Of a stretch of 36,502 nucleotides of DNA, positions 19,309 to 27,403 are shown one piece after another. Made by a program: the position numbers and the translations under genes. A model generated the notes under the pieces. It was not told the DNA's origin. It searched no databases and saw only the letters and a list, made by a program, of their open reading frames with translations. The stretch lies in contig CAYOAL010000026.1 of the NCBI GenBank assembly GCA_964401935.1, positions 43,722 through 80,223 of the forward strand, in the 5' to 3' direction. How positions within the stretch are numbered: position 1 is the stretch's first letter; each line of letters begins with the position of its first letter. This DNA comes from an uncultured Polyangiaceae bacterium. GTDB taxonomy: Bacteria; Myxococcota_A; Polyangia; Polyangiales; Polyangiaceae.

Positions 19309-22224
19309 ATGGCGCGGTTCGCGAGCTGGCTCGTCGGGTGTCTGCTCGTCGCACCCGGCTGTGGTGACGTCGGCCCACAGCCTGGGGCGCCGCTGCCTCC
19401 CTGCCCGGGGTGCGGGGCGGGTGGCGGTAGCGGCGGAGGTGGCGGTCAAGGCCCCACGGAGCCCATCGTGTGTCCGGACGGCTCCGTGTTCGACGCACCG
19501 TACGATGGGGTCGAGGAGCAAGGGCGCACGGCGCTCGTAGCTTGCGACGGCGTCGAGCTTCGGGTGAGCGCGGTGGCGCCCGAGATCGTGCGCCTCCGCT
19601 ACGTGATCGAGGGCGAGGAGCCCTCCGTCCGACCCTCGTACGCGGTCACCGCCCAAGCCAGTGCCGTGGACGCTGCGATCGGCATCCGCGACGACGTGGT
19701 CGGGCTCTGCACGGCCGCGCTCACCGTGCGGGTGAGCCTGAGCCGCTGCGGCGTGACGGTGATCACCGCCGACGGCACCGTCCTCAGCGAGGACCCGCCC
19801 GAGGGCGGGCTTGTCCGTGGCGGGCCGCTCGGCGAGCAGGCGCGCGGTCTCATCCGGCGGGTCGTCCCGGACGAGCGCTTCTACGGGTTCGGAGAGCGCA
19901 CCGGACCCCTCGACAAACGCGGCCGCTCGATGACCTTCTGGAACACCGACGCCTACGAGGCCGAGCACGGCGGCTTCGCGCCCGACGCCGATCCCCTCTA
20001 CCAGAGTATCCCGTTCTTCGTGGGGCTGCGCGGCGCGACCGCCTACGGGGTGCTGCTCGACAACACGCACCGCCTCGAGATGGACATGGGCGCGAGCGCG
20101 AGCGACGCGTATGTGCTCGCCGCCGAGGCCGGCGAGCTCGACCAGTACATCTTTGCAGGGCCGGACATGCGCGACGTGATCGCCCGCTACGCGGGCCTCA
20201 CCGGGAAGCCGCCGTTGCCGCCGCGGTGGTCGCTCGGATATCACCAATCCCGCTGGGGATACTTCCCCGACACGACGATCGCCGCGGTGGCCGCCGAGCT
20301 CCGCGCCCGAGAGCTCCCCGCCGACGGCCTCTGGCTCGACATCCAGCACCTCGACGGATTTCGGTCGTTCACGTGGGACCCGGTGGGCTTCGCCGATCCG
20401 AGCGGGCTGGTCTCCGAGCTGGCGGGGCAAGGCTTCAAGACCGTCGTCATCGTCGACCCGGCGATCAAGGTCGACGCCGCCTGGGAGATCTACACGAGCG
20501 GTCTCGCCGGTGGTCACTTCCTCGGCACCAGCGAGGGGCCCTACGTGGGCGAGGTGTGGCCAGGGCCCGCGGTCTTCCCCGACTTCTCGAGCCCCGAGGC
20601 GCGACAGTGGTGGGCGGGCTTGGTGCCGCGGGCGCTCGATCACGGCGTGCGCGGCCTCTGGATCGACATGAACGAGCCGTCCGACTTCATCGGACCCGGC
20701 GGGACCGTGCCCAACGATCTCGTCGCCGCAGGGGACGGCGTGGCGACGACGATGCGCGAGCTGCACAACGTGTATGGGCTGAACGAGGCGCTCGCGACCT
20801 ACGAGGGGATGCGCGCGGCGGCGCCGGATCGCCGGCCCTTCGTCCTCAGCCGCGCGGGCTACGCGGGGATTCAGCGCTACGCGGCGGTGTGGACGGGTGA
20901 CGCGCCGAGCACGTTCCCGGTGCTCGCTGGCACCCTCCCCATGCTGCTCGGGATGGGTCTGTCGGGCGTACCCTTCGTGGGCAGCGACGTGGGCGGATAC
21001 TCGGGGGGCGCCACCCCCGAGCTGTTCGCTCGGTGGCTCGAGCTCGGCTCGCTCTCACCCTTCTTTCGCGGCCACGTGACGAGCGGCGTCCCCTCGCAGG
21101 AGCCGTGGCAGTTCGGAACCGAGGTCGAAGACATCAGCCGCCAGTACATCGGCCTCCGCTACGAGCTGCTCCCCACGTGGTACAGCCTCATGGAGGAGGC
21201 GACGCGGACGGGACTGCCCCTCTTGCGACCCCTCGTCCTCGAGTTCCAAGGCGACCCCGCCACGCACGCGCTCGACGACCAAGCGATGATCGGCCCCTGG
21301 CTCATGGCCGCCCCGGTGCTCGGCGAGGGCGCGACGAGCCGGCCGGTCTATCTCCCCGCCGGGCGCTGGTTCGAGCTGCGCTCGGGCGCCATCTACGAGG
21401 GGCCCGCGACCATCGAGGTGGGGCTCACGCTCGGAGCCCTGCCGATGTTCGTGCGTGAGGGTGGCATCGTCGCCCGCGGGCCGCGGGGACAGTGGAGCGA
21501 TCAGCTCCCGCTCGATCCGCTCTTCCTCGACCTCTACCCCGCCGAGGTGGCGTCGACCTTCTCGCTGTACGAGGACGCCGGCGACGGTTTCGCCTACGAG
21601 GGGGGCGCCTTCGCCCGCACGACGTACCAGCTCGAGCGAACCGCGAGCGGCGCCGTGCTGCGAGCCGCGCGGGAGGGGGCGCATCAGCCGCCGTCCCGGC
21701 CGGTGGTGATGAGGGTGCGGCGCGTGGATCACGGAGCGAGCGGCGTCACGCTCGACGGTGAGCCCCTCTCCGCGTTCGCGAGCGAAGAGGCCCTCTTGGG
21801 CGCGGGCGAGGGCTTCTTCTACGACGCCGCGGATCGGTCGCTCGTCGTCGTCATCGCGGATCGGCCGAGCTTCGAGCTCGCGTTTGGCTTCGACCCGACC
21901 ATCTCGGAGCCCCGGCCGCCGGTCCCGATGCGGTTCGTGGTGACGGTCCCACCGGGGACGCCCACGACCACGCCCATCCACCTCGCCTCGTCGGCGAACG
22001 GGTGGGCCCACGTGCCGATGACCTGGGGACCCGGCGCGGATCGGGCCAGTGTGACCGTCGACGTCCCCCGCGGCGAGCAGCTCTTCTACAAGTACACGCG
22101 AGGAGACTGGGGGACGGTCGAGAAATGGCCGGGCTGCGAGGAGGCGTCGAACCGCTACGAGCTCGGGGCCGCCCACCCGGTGAAGGTCGACACCGTCTGG
22201 GCGTGGGCCGACGCCTGCTTCTGA
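19309..22224 (+). CDS. Glycoside hydrolase family 31 alpha-glucosidase. It has a lipoprotein signal and a C-terminal CBM20-like starch-binding domain.
   Basis: GH31 catalytic-region motifs GLWLDMNEPS and WTGD. Lipobox LLVAPGC. C-terminal segment IHLASSANGWAHVPMTW...LFYKYTRGDWGTVEKW...NRYEL is typical of CBM20. Confidence 0.85.
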   Translation: MARFASWLVGCLLVAPGCGDVGPQPGAPLPPCPGCGAGGGSGGGGGQGPTEPIVCPDGSVFDAPYDGVEEQGRTALVACDGVELRVSAVAPEIVRLRYVIEGEEPSVRPSYAVTAQASAVDAAIGIRDDVVGLCTAALTVRVSLSRCGVTVITADGTVLSEDPPEGGLVRGGPLGEQARGLIRRVVPDERFYGFGERTGPLDKRGRSMTFWNTDAYEAEHGGFAPDADPLYQSIPFFVGLRGATAYGVLLDNTHRLEMDMGASASDAYVLAAEAGELDQYIFAGPDMRDVIARYAGLTGKPPLPPRWSLGYHQSRWGYFPDTTIAAVAAELRARELPADGLWLDIQHLDGFRSFTWDPVGFADPSGLVSELAGQGFKTVVIVDPAIKVDAAWEIYTSGLAGGHFLGTSEGPYVGEVWPGPAVFPDFSSPEARQWWAGLVPRALDHGVRGLWIDMNEPSDFIGPGGTVPNDLVAAGDGVATTMRELHNVYGLNEALATYEGMRAAAPDRRPFVLSRAGYAGIQRYAAVWTGDAPSTFPVLAGTLPMLLGMGLSGVPFVGSDVGGYSGGATPELFARWLELGSLSPFFRGHVTSGVPSQEPWQFGTEVEDISRQYIGLRYELLPTWYSLMEEATRTGLPLLRPLVLEFQGDPATHALDDQAMIGPWLMAAPVLGEGATSRPVYLPAGRWFELRSGAIYEGPATIEVGLTLGALPMFVREGGIVARGPRGQWSDQLPLDPLFLDLYPAEVASTFSLYEDAGDGFAYEGGAFARTTYQLERTASGAVLRAAREGAHQPPSRPVVMRVRRVDHGASGVTLDGEPLSAFASEEALLGAGEGFFYDAADRSLVVVIADRPSFELAFGFDPTISEPRPPVPMRFVVTVPPGTPTTTPIHLASSANGWAHVPMTWGPGADRASVTVDVPRGEQLFYKYTRGDWGTVEKWPGCEEASNRYELGAAHPVKVDTVWAWADACF

Positions 22225-22390
22225 CGGCCAGCGTGCGGGGTGAAGGTCTCGGTTCGGGTGGAGCTCGCCGAGGGGTGGCGCCGGCCACGGGCCACAACAG
22301 CGGCCGAACGAGCGTTCGAGCCTCGTGCGCACGAGCCACGGCGCAGAGGAGTGGATGCGTCCGACCGGTTGAAGGTGATAAGAGTCGCGG

Positions 22391-23293
22391 ATGATCCAAG
22401 AGCTGGTGTCCGCGCGACGTTACTCGGCCGGTGGCATCCAGACCGCGCTCGCCAGTCCTCTCGGCACCGAAGACCGGCCGCGCGCGGTCGGACCCTTCGT
22501 GGTGGTGGCCCACGTCTTACCCTTCGAGGTGGCGCCCGGGGCGCTGCCTCCCGATTTCGACGTTCGCCCGCACCCTCACAACGGGCTGGCGGCGATCTCG
22601 TATGTGCTGGCTGGGCACGTCACGCACCGCGATTCGCTCGGTTCGCGCCAGGAGGTCGGGCCCGGGGGCTTCAACTTCATGATCGCGGGGAGCGGGGTCG
22701 TTCACTCCGAGCGCTTCGAGCGCCTACGCGTCCTCGGGGGGAAGTTCGAGATGTTCCAAATGCTGCTCGCGCTCCCCGAGGAGGAGCAGGAAGCGGACCC
22801 AGGGTTTCAGCACGTCGAGGCGGCTCGGGTAGAAAAGAGGGTCGCCGAGGGGGCGGTGATCCGCGTGTTGGCAGACACGGAGGCTGCCGAGACCGCCGTC
22901 TCTTTCCCCGCCCCGATGTTCCTCCACGACGTGCACCTCGAGCCGACCGGCCGCTATGTCCCGTCCCACCAGAGCCGGGAGCGCGCGGTGTACGTGCTGG
23001 AGGGCGCGGTCGAGGTGGGTGGAACGCGGGTCGAGGCGCAGCAGACGGCGTTGCTCGCGTCGGGCCCGACGGTGGTCGTGAGCGCTGGGCCGGCTCGACT
23101 CCTCGCTTTCGGCGGCGAGCCCGTCGGACCGCGCTACATGTGGTGGAACTTCATGCACTCTTCGCTGGAGCGCATCGAAGCGGCCAAGACCGCGTGGCGC
23201 GAGGGGCGGATGACGCTGCCTCCCGGCGACACCGAGTCCTTCACGCCGGCGCCTCCCGACGAGGGACGGCCGCTGAGGCGCATCAACGCATGA
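22391..23293 (+). CDS. Pirin-family cupin protein (quercetin 2,3-dioxygenase-like).
   Basis: Metal-site region RPHPHNGLAAISYVLAGHVTHRDSLG matches the pirin pattern HPHRGFETVTY-x-EG-x-HRDS. Two cupin halves. 300 aa. Confidence 0.8.
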   Translation: MIQELVSARRYSAGGIQTALASPLGTEDRPRAVGPFVVVAHVLPFEVAPGALPPDFDVRPHPHNGLAAISYVLAGHVTHRDSLGSRQEVGPGGFNFMIAGSGVVHSERFERLRVLGGKFEMFQMLLALPEEEQEADPGFQHVEAARVEKRVAEGAVIRVLADTEAAETAVSFPAPMFLHDVHLEPTGRYVPSHQSRERAVYVLEGAVEVGGTRVEAQQTALLASGPTVVVSAGPARLLAFGGEPVGPRYMWWNFMHSSLERIEAAKTAWREGRMTLPPGDTESFTPAPPDEGRPLRRINA

Positions 23294-23318
23294 GCCGTCC
23301 GCGCCGGACGGCTCGTGC

Positions 23319-23843
23319 CTACGGTCGGGCGGGGCGATGCAGCGGATAGCTCACCATCACCGGGCCACCGTCCGGGATCGGAAAGCGGAGGCCGTGGAGC
23401 GTGCGCTCGATGCAGGCGCGGGTGAGCGGGTCCGCCCCGGCCCGGATGTGGCCGGCGCTCCCGTCGGTGCCGATGATGAAGCGTACCGAGATCTTGGCCT
23501 CGTCACCGTCGGGCCAGCACGTCTCGAGGTCGGCGCGGCCGTCATCCATCACCTGCTTCACCCCCAGGTAAGAGACTCTGCCAAATCTTGGTCCGCAGCC
23601 CATTCTCACCCCGGAGCGACGCGGACCCTCGCCGTAGACGTCCGTGACGACGCGGCCGTCACAGCCGACGGGCAGGTACCGCAGATCGACCGTGGGCTTG
23701 GCCACGAGAACAGAGGGAGGGGCCTGATGGGCCCCGACCCGCACCATCACCGCCGGCGGGGGCAGCCAGCTCGTGGTCAGACCGTACCGCACGCCCGCGA
23801 CGAGGGCGGTCGTGGCCACGGCGACCAGGAGGATGCGGCGCAT
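23319..23843 (-). CDS. Secreted protein with a TonB_C-like C-terminal domain (AgmX/PglI-type).
   Basis: Signal peptide, ILLVAVATTALVAG. The C-terminal region KISVRFIIGTDGSAGHIRAGADPLTRACIERTLHGLRFPIP resembles the TonB C-terminal fold signature. Confidence 0.35.
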   Translation of the reverse strand: MRRILLVAVATTALVAGVRYGLTTSWLPPPAVMVRVGAHQAPPSVLVAKPTVDLRYLPVGCDGRVVTDVYGEGPRRSGVRMGCGPRFGRVSYLGVKQVMDDGRADLETCWPDGDEAKISVRFIIGTDGSAGHIRAGADPLTRACIERTLHGLRFPIPDGGPVMVSYPLHRPARP

Positions 23844-23936
23844 GGGGGAGAGACAACCCCGCGCGCAGGTTGGTTCCTGCCCTGGTCCACGCCACGCAAC
23901 CAGCCGCGCTGGCTTCGGGGCTTGCTGGCCGGGCTC

Positions 23937-24245
23937 TTAGGGTTCGGTGGCCATGAACGAACCGAACACGACCCCCTCCGAGGAGCTGGGGGGCATCTGG
24001 CAGCGCTCGGCGATGTCGGCCACGAACGCGCGAAATGCGGGGAGCGTGACGAGGGGATTGGAGCCGTCCGAGGTGGACAGGGCGGCGATATGGACGAAGC
24101 TCAGCCCGTCGTCGAGCGCGAGGGCGGTGTACGAGAGCCCGGCCAGCGGCTCACGGGCGAGCGCATCGAACACCGCCCGGAGCTTGTCCCGATGCTCGGT
24201 GAGGCGCTCGGGTTTCACCTGGTAGCGAACGACGACGTGTCTCAT
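23937..24245 (-). CDS. Small protein of about 100 aa, possibly an ABM/Dabb-like alpha+beta barrel.
   Basis: The size and the N-terminal pattern MRHVVVRYQVKPERLTEHRDKLRAVFDAL are reminiscent of ABM-domain monooxygenases. This is a weak call. Confidence 0.3.
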   Translation of the reverse strand: MRHVVVRYQVKPERLTEHRDKLRAVFDALAREPLAGLSYTALALDDGLSFVHIAALSTSDGSNPLVTLPAFRAFVADIAERCQMPPSSSEGVVFGSFMATEP

Positions 24246-24309
24246 GGGGCTCCGGGTTGGTCGGGTTGCTCGCGCCCCGCGCCCGTCGACGGGCCGCCGG
24301 GGATGCGGC

Positions 24310-24732
24310 TCATGCGCTCTCCGCGCGTGTCTTGAGACACGCCGCGAACTCTTCGAACGCGGGCTGGAGATCGGGGATCGACTTGGTGATCAGCCCCGCG
24401 AAGAGGCCGTCGAAGACCTCTTCCATCGAGAACTCCACGTCGTCTCCTCTTGGCTCGAGCAGGAACGTGCGCTCGCCCTTGAAGAGGAAGCCGATGGGGG
24501 CCCCGCCGGTCCACACCATCTTGCGTGGGGCCTCGAGCGCCGTGACCTTCACGGGGAACGCCTGGTCGGGCGCGATCTTCGCGTGCACCGTGATCTTCGC
24601 GCCGAGCGCGACGGCTCCGTCCACCTGGGTCACCGTCGTGTTCCAGCTGGGATAACGCGCGACGTCGGTGAGGATCGACCACACGGCCTCGGGCGTGGCG
24701 CGGATGAGGGTCCGGGTGGCGAAGCGCTTCAT
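24310..24732 (-). CDS. SRPBCC (Bet v1-like / polyketide cyclase-dehydrase) family protein.
   Basis: Pattern ATPEAVWSILTDVARYPSWNT, with W-x-x-W-N typical of SRPBCC. The ATG at 24732 was preferred over the upstream TTG at 24768. Confidence 0.6.
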   Translation of the reverse strand: MKRFATRTLIRATPEAVWSILTDVARYPSWNTTVTQVDGAVALGAKITVHAKIAPDQAFPVKVTALEAPRKMVWTGGAPIGFLFKGERTFLLEPRGDDVEFSMEEVFDGLFAGLITKSIPDLQPAFEEFAACLKTRAESA

Positions 24733-24740
24733 AGGGTAAC

Positions 24741-24760
24741 TGGTAACCTTAATGTTACCA
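24741..24760. promoter_or_regulatory. Palindrome TGGTAAC-CTTAAT-GTTACCA, a candidate operator upstream of the SRPBCC gene.
   Basis: Perfect 7-6-7 inverted repeat in an otherwise GC-rich intergenic region. The same half-sites occur at 25541-25559. Confidence 0.4.
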
Positions 24761-24792
24761 ACTGTCAACCCGCTGGAGCGCTCGTCGATGGG

Positions 24793-25224
24793 TCACTCCT
24801 CGGCTGCGGCACGCCACGCTTCGAACACCCGCAGCCAGCTGCGCTCGAAGGCGGGCGCCTTGTCGGCGTAGGCGTCGCGGCTCGAGGGGCCCTCGCGATG
24901 GGTGAGGGAGACGCGCGTTCGTTGCCCCTCGGTCGCGAGGACGATCTCTACGTGGGTGGGCTGCGCGGGGCCGGTGCCTGGATACCAGTCGAGCACCAGA
25001 CGCGTGGGAGGCTCGAACACCCGCACCACCCCGAGCTCCACTTCGGTGCCGTCGGACGCGCGCTCGTAGAACCGTCCGCTGGGCTCCATGACGATGGCGC
25101 TCGCCGGGTCGCCGGTGTGGCGGCGATCCGTGGGCCACCAGGCTCCCGCGTGCTCCGTGAGGAGCGAGAACGCGCGCTCCCGGGAGCAAGCGAGGAGGAG
25201 CGTCTTCTCGATCCGACCGATCAC
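24793..25224 (-). CDS. AHSA1-like SRPBCC protein (activator of Hsp90 ATPase homolog family), encoded downstream of ArsR.
   Basis: Composition and length typical of AHSA1/SRPBCC. The start ATG overlaps the arsR stop in ATGA at 25221-25224. Confidence 0.6.
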   Translation of the reverse strand: MIGRIEKTLLLACSRERAFSLLTEHAGAWWPTDRRHTGDPASAIVMEPSGRFYERASDGTEVELGVVRVFEPPTRLVLDWYPGTGPAQPTHVEIVLATEGQRTRVSLTHREGPSSRDAYADKAPAFERSWLRVFEAWRAAAEE

Positions 25225-25541
25225 CGCGCGCGCTCTCCGAGCTCGGTGGCGGTCTCGGCGTTGGCGAGCTCTTCGAGCCGATCGAGCGCCACGTCCCAGA
25301 AGCTGTCGAGGAAGTCTTGGACCGAACGAAAACCCTGGACGCGCACCGCATAGACGTTGCGCGTTCCCTCTTGTCGCTGCGCGACGAGTCCCGCCTCCTC
25401 GAGCACCTTGAGGTGGCGCGAGATGGCGGGCCGACTCACGGGGAACCGCGCCGCGAGCGCGCCCACCGACAGCGGCGTGCGCCGCAGCGCGATCAGGATG
25501 TCGCGCCGCAGCGGGCTGCCGAGAGCGTCCATCGCATGCAT
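25221..25541 (-). CDS. ArsR/SmtB-family transcriptional regulator.
   Basis: HTH region LRRDILIALRRTPLSVGALAARFPVSRPAISRHLKVLEEAGLV. The ATG at 25541 sits on an operator-like palindrome. Confidence 0.75.
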   Translation of the reverse strand: MHAMDALGSPLRRDILIALRRTPLSVGALAARFPVSRPAISRHLKVLEEAGLVAQRQEGTRNVYAVRVQGFRSVQDFLDSFWDVALDRLEELANAETATELGERAR

Positions 25542-25559
25542 GGTAACTCCAACGTTACA
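25541..25559. promoter_or_regulatory. Palindrome TGGTAAC-TCCAAC-GTTACA at the arsR start, a candidate autoregulatory operator.
   Basis: Inverted repeat with the same half-sites as 24741-24760. Confidence 0.4.
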
Positions 25560-25641
25560 CATGTGGAGTCGGGAGACCACCGCTCCGCGTCCGTTGGACC
25601 TCGTGCGGAGCGGTCGCGTGGCGAGCGACGACCTCGGCGCG

Positions 25642-26088
25642 TCAGTCGGAGATCTCGACGTCGGAGGAGAACACCGGCGCGTTGCTGGGCGCGCTGACCT
25701 GTGCGTTGGGCTCGGGGGTCACGGTGAGGGCGAAGGCTCGGTGGGCGGTGACCGTCTCGAGGGTGCCCTCGAGGTTGTCGTTGACGGCGAGCTGGCCGAC
25801 GCTCTGACGGACGCCGTTGACCGGCTTGATCCACACGACGTAGACGGTGGCACCGGGGGACACCTTGCTCGGGGTGGCCAGGTGTTTGACTCTCACCGTG
25901 AGGTTGGTGTTGCCGTTGGCGCCTTCGGTTGCCTTCACGGTGCCTTCGCTCGCGGGCACGCCTTCGCCCGAGTGCATGGGCTGAGGACTCGTGGAGCAGC
26001 CAGGGGTGAGCGTAAACACCGCGGCGGCCACCGGGAAGAGCAGCGAGAGGGAGATTCGGCGGAAGTTCGGAATGCGTGGATTCATCAT
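25642..26088 (-). CDS. Small hypothetical secreted protein or lipoprotein.
   Basis: ATG ATG at 26088 with GAGGAG 8 nt upstream. Signal, ISLSLLFPVAAAVFTLTPGC. Confidence 0.45.
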   Translation of the reverse strand: MMNPRIPNFRRISLSLLFPVAAAVFTLTPGCSTSPQPMHSGEGVPASEGTVKATEGANGNTNLTVRVKHLATPSKVSPGATVYVVWIKPVNGVRQSVGQLAVNDNLEGTLETVTAHRAFALTVTPEPNAQVSAPSNAPVFSSDVEISD

Positions 26089-26262
26089 GGGGTGCTCCTC
26101 GTCGGAGGCCGACGGCCGGCCTCCGGATGGTGTTCCCTCTCGAGCATGTTTCGTGCCGTCGGCCTGAGCGACGGTCACGGGTGCGGAGGGAGCGAGTTGT
26201 AAGCGTGTAAGGAAGGGAAGCATCCGCGCGCTTCGGCTCGGGGAGCGCGCGGGCTGGGAGCG

Positions 26263-26499
26263 CTAGGCCTTGCCGCGCGGTGGCGGCTTGATGGCGGGGC
26301 TGTCGAGCTTCGTGTACCAGCTCTCGATCTGCTTCTCTGCGTCTTCCTTGGCGATTCCGTAGCGCTCCTGGAGCTTGCCCACGAGCTGCTCACGGTGGCC
26401 CGCGACGACCTTGATGTCGTCGTCGGTGAGCTTGCCCCACTTCGTCTTCACGGTCCCTGCGAGCTGGTGCCACTGGCCTTGTACTTGTTCCCAATTCAT
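26263..26499 (-). CDS. csbD: CsbD-family general stress protein.
   Basis: MNWEQVQGQWHQLAGTVKTKWGKLTDDDIKVVAGHREQLVGKLQERYG is the canonical CsbD pattern. AGGAGA lies upstream of the ATG. Confidence 0.85.
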   Translation of the reverse strand: MNWEQVQGQWHQLAGTVKTKWGKLTDDDIKVVAGHREQLVGKLQERYGIAKEDAEKQIESWYTKLDSPAIKPPPRGKA

Positions 26500-26943
26500 C
26501 GCTGATTCTCCTGTTGTCTGTGTCGCTCCGTGCGACCGGATGCGCGTTCAGCAGCTTCCGTGCCGCTCGTGGGAGGGCGCGAGCTCCGCGTGAACACGCG
26601 CGTTCCCGCCCGCTTGCCGAGCTCGTGAATCCGCCGGAGGTGCGCGCCGGCGGCACATTGTTCGGAATTGGAGCACGATGTGCGGGCAGTCGCACCGCCA
26701 CGCTGTTCATTCGGAAGCGCGTGGTTTCGCAAGGAGTCGAGCCCACACCAGCGCCGTGGAGAGAGGGGCATCCTTGTCGTGTGGGCGATGAGTGGCCGAC
26801 GAATTGCAATCGTTGCCGTCGTTGCCACCGTGGCAGTCGGTGTGGAGGCGTCTCGCTGCCGTCTGATCGACCGTCGGGTCGACGTCCGACGGACGTCCGG
26901 CCGATGTCTCTTCGCCAACGACTCACCTCGAAAGGGAGAAGCT

Positions 26944-27213
26944 ATGACCTTCATGGGAATTCTGATCTTCATGCTGTTCGGCCTCGTGGTCGGCCTGCTT
27001 GCGCGCGCCATCATGCCTGGTCGACAGGATCTGAGCCTGCTCATGACCTCCGTCCTCGGGATGGCGGGTGCGGTCATCGGCGGCTACGTGGTCGGCCTGT
27101 TCGCCCACGAACCAGGGCGCTTTCAACCGCTCGGACTCCTCGGGAGCCTCCTCGGCGCGCTCGCGCTGCTCGCGGTGTACTCGGTGGTGACGCGGCGGCA
27201 CGTCGCGCAATGA
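26944..27213 (+). CDS. GlsB/YeaQ/YmgE-family stress membrane protein (transglycosylase-associated protein).
   Basis: 90 aa with two TM helices. N-terminus MTFMGILIFMLFGLVVGLLARAIMPG fits the family. Strong SD, GAAAGGGAGAAG, before the ATG. Confidence 0.8.
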   Translation: MTFMGILIFMLFGLVVGLLARAIMPGRQDLSLLMTSVLGMAGAVIGGYVVGLFAHEPGRFQPLGLLGSLLGALALLAVYSVVTRRHVAQ

Positions 27214-27295
27214 TCTCTCGAGCGCGGAGGCGCGAGTCCCCCGAGTGGACGCGCGCAACTTCCGCTCGAGCACGGACAGCTCGAGGCGGCGTCGT

Positions 27296-27321
27296 GGAGC
27301 TCACCCTCGCATGTGAGCTCC
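27296..27321. terminator. Perfect 9-bp stem hairpin, GGAGCTCAC-N8-GTGAGCTCC, between the yeaQ-like gene and the TetR gene. It has no U-tract.
   Basis: Read directly from the sequence. It may be a terminator-like or regulatory structure. Confidence 0.3.
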
Positions 27322-27360
27322 ACCGCGCGGTCCAGCCCTCGCGAGCCGCCACGCCGCGAC

Positions 27361-27400
27361 AAATAATATTTACTCGGATACAAATATAGTCTTAGATACA
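27361..27400. promoter_or_regulatory. AT-rich 40-bp island immediately upstream of the TetR gene. It contains the direct repeat GATACA...AGATACA and is a likely promoter or operator.
   Basis: AAATAATATTTACTCGGATACAAATATAGTCTTAGATACA stands out in 70%-GC DNA. Confidence 0.35.
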
Positions 27401-27403
27401 GGC

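Noticed and set aside
19282-22332. Minus-strand ORFs 19282..20766 and 21055..22332 opposite the GH31 gene.
   Set aside because: The GH31 catalytic motifs and the CBM20 tail are on the plus strand. The antisense frames are compositionally junk.
22240-23349. A 369-aa ORF overlapping the pirin gene in another frame.
   Set aside because: The pirin frame carries the conserved HPH...HRDS metal-binding pattern, which the other frame lacks.
23337-25353. Plus-strand ORFs 23337..24335 and 24244..25353 across the TonB_C-like, ABM, SRPBCC and ArsR region.
   Set aside because: They are opposite genes with recognisable folds. The ArsR HTH and the operator palindromes fix the true orientation as minus.
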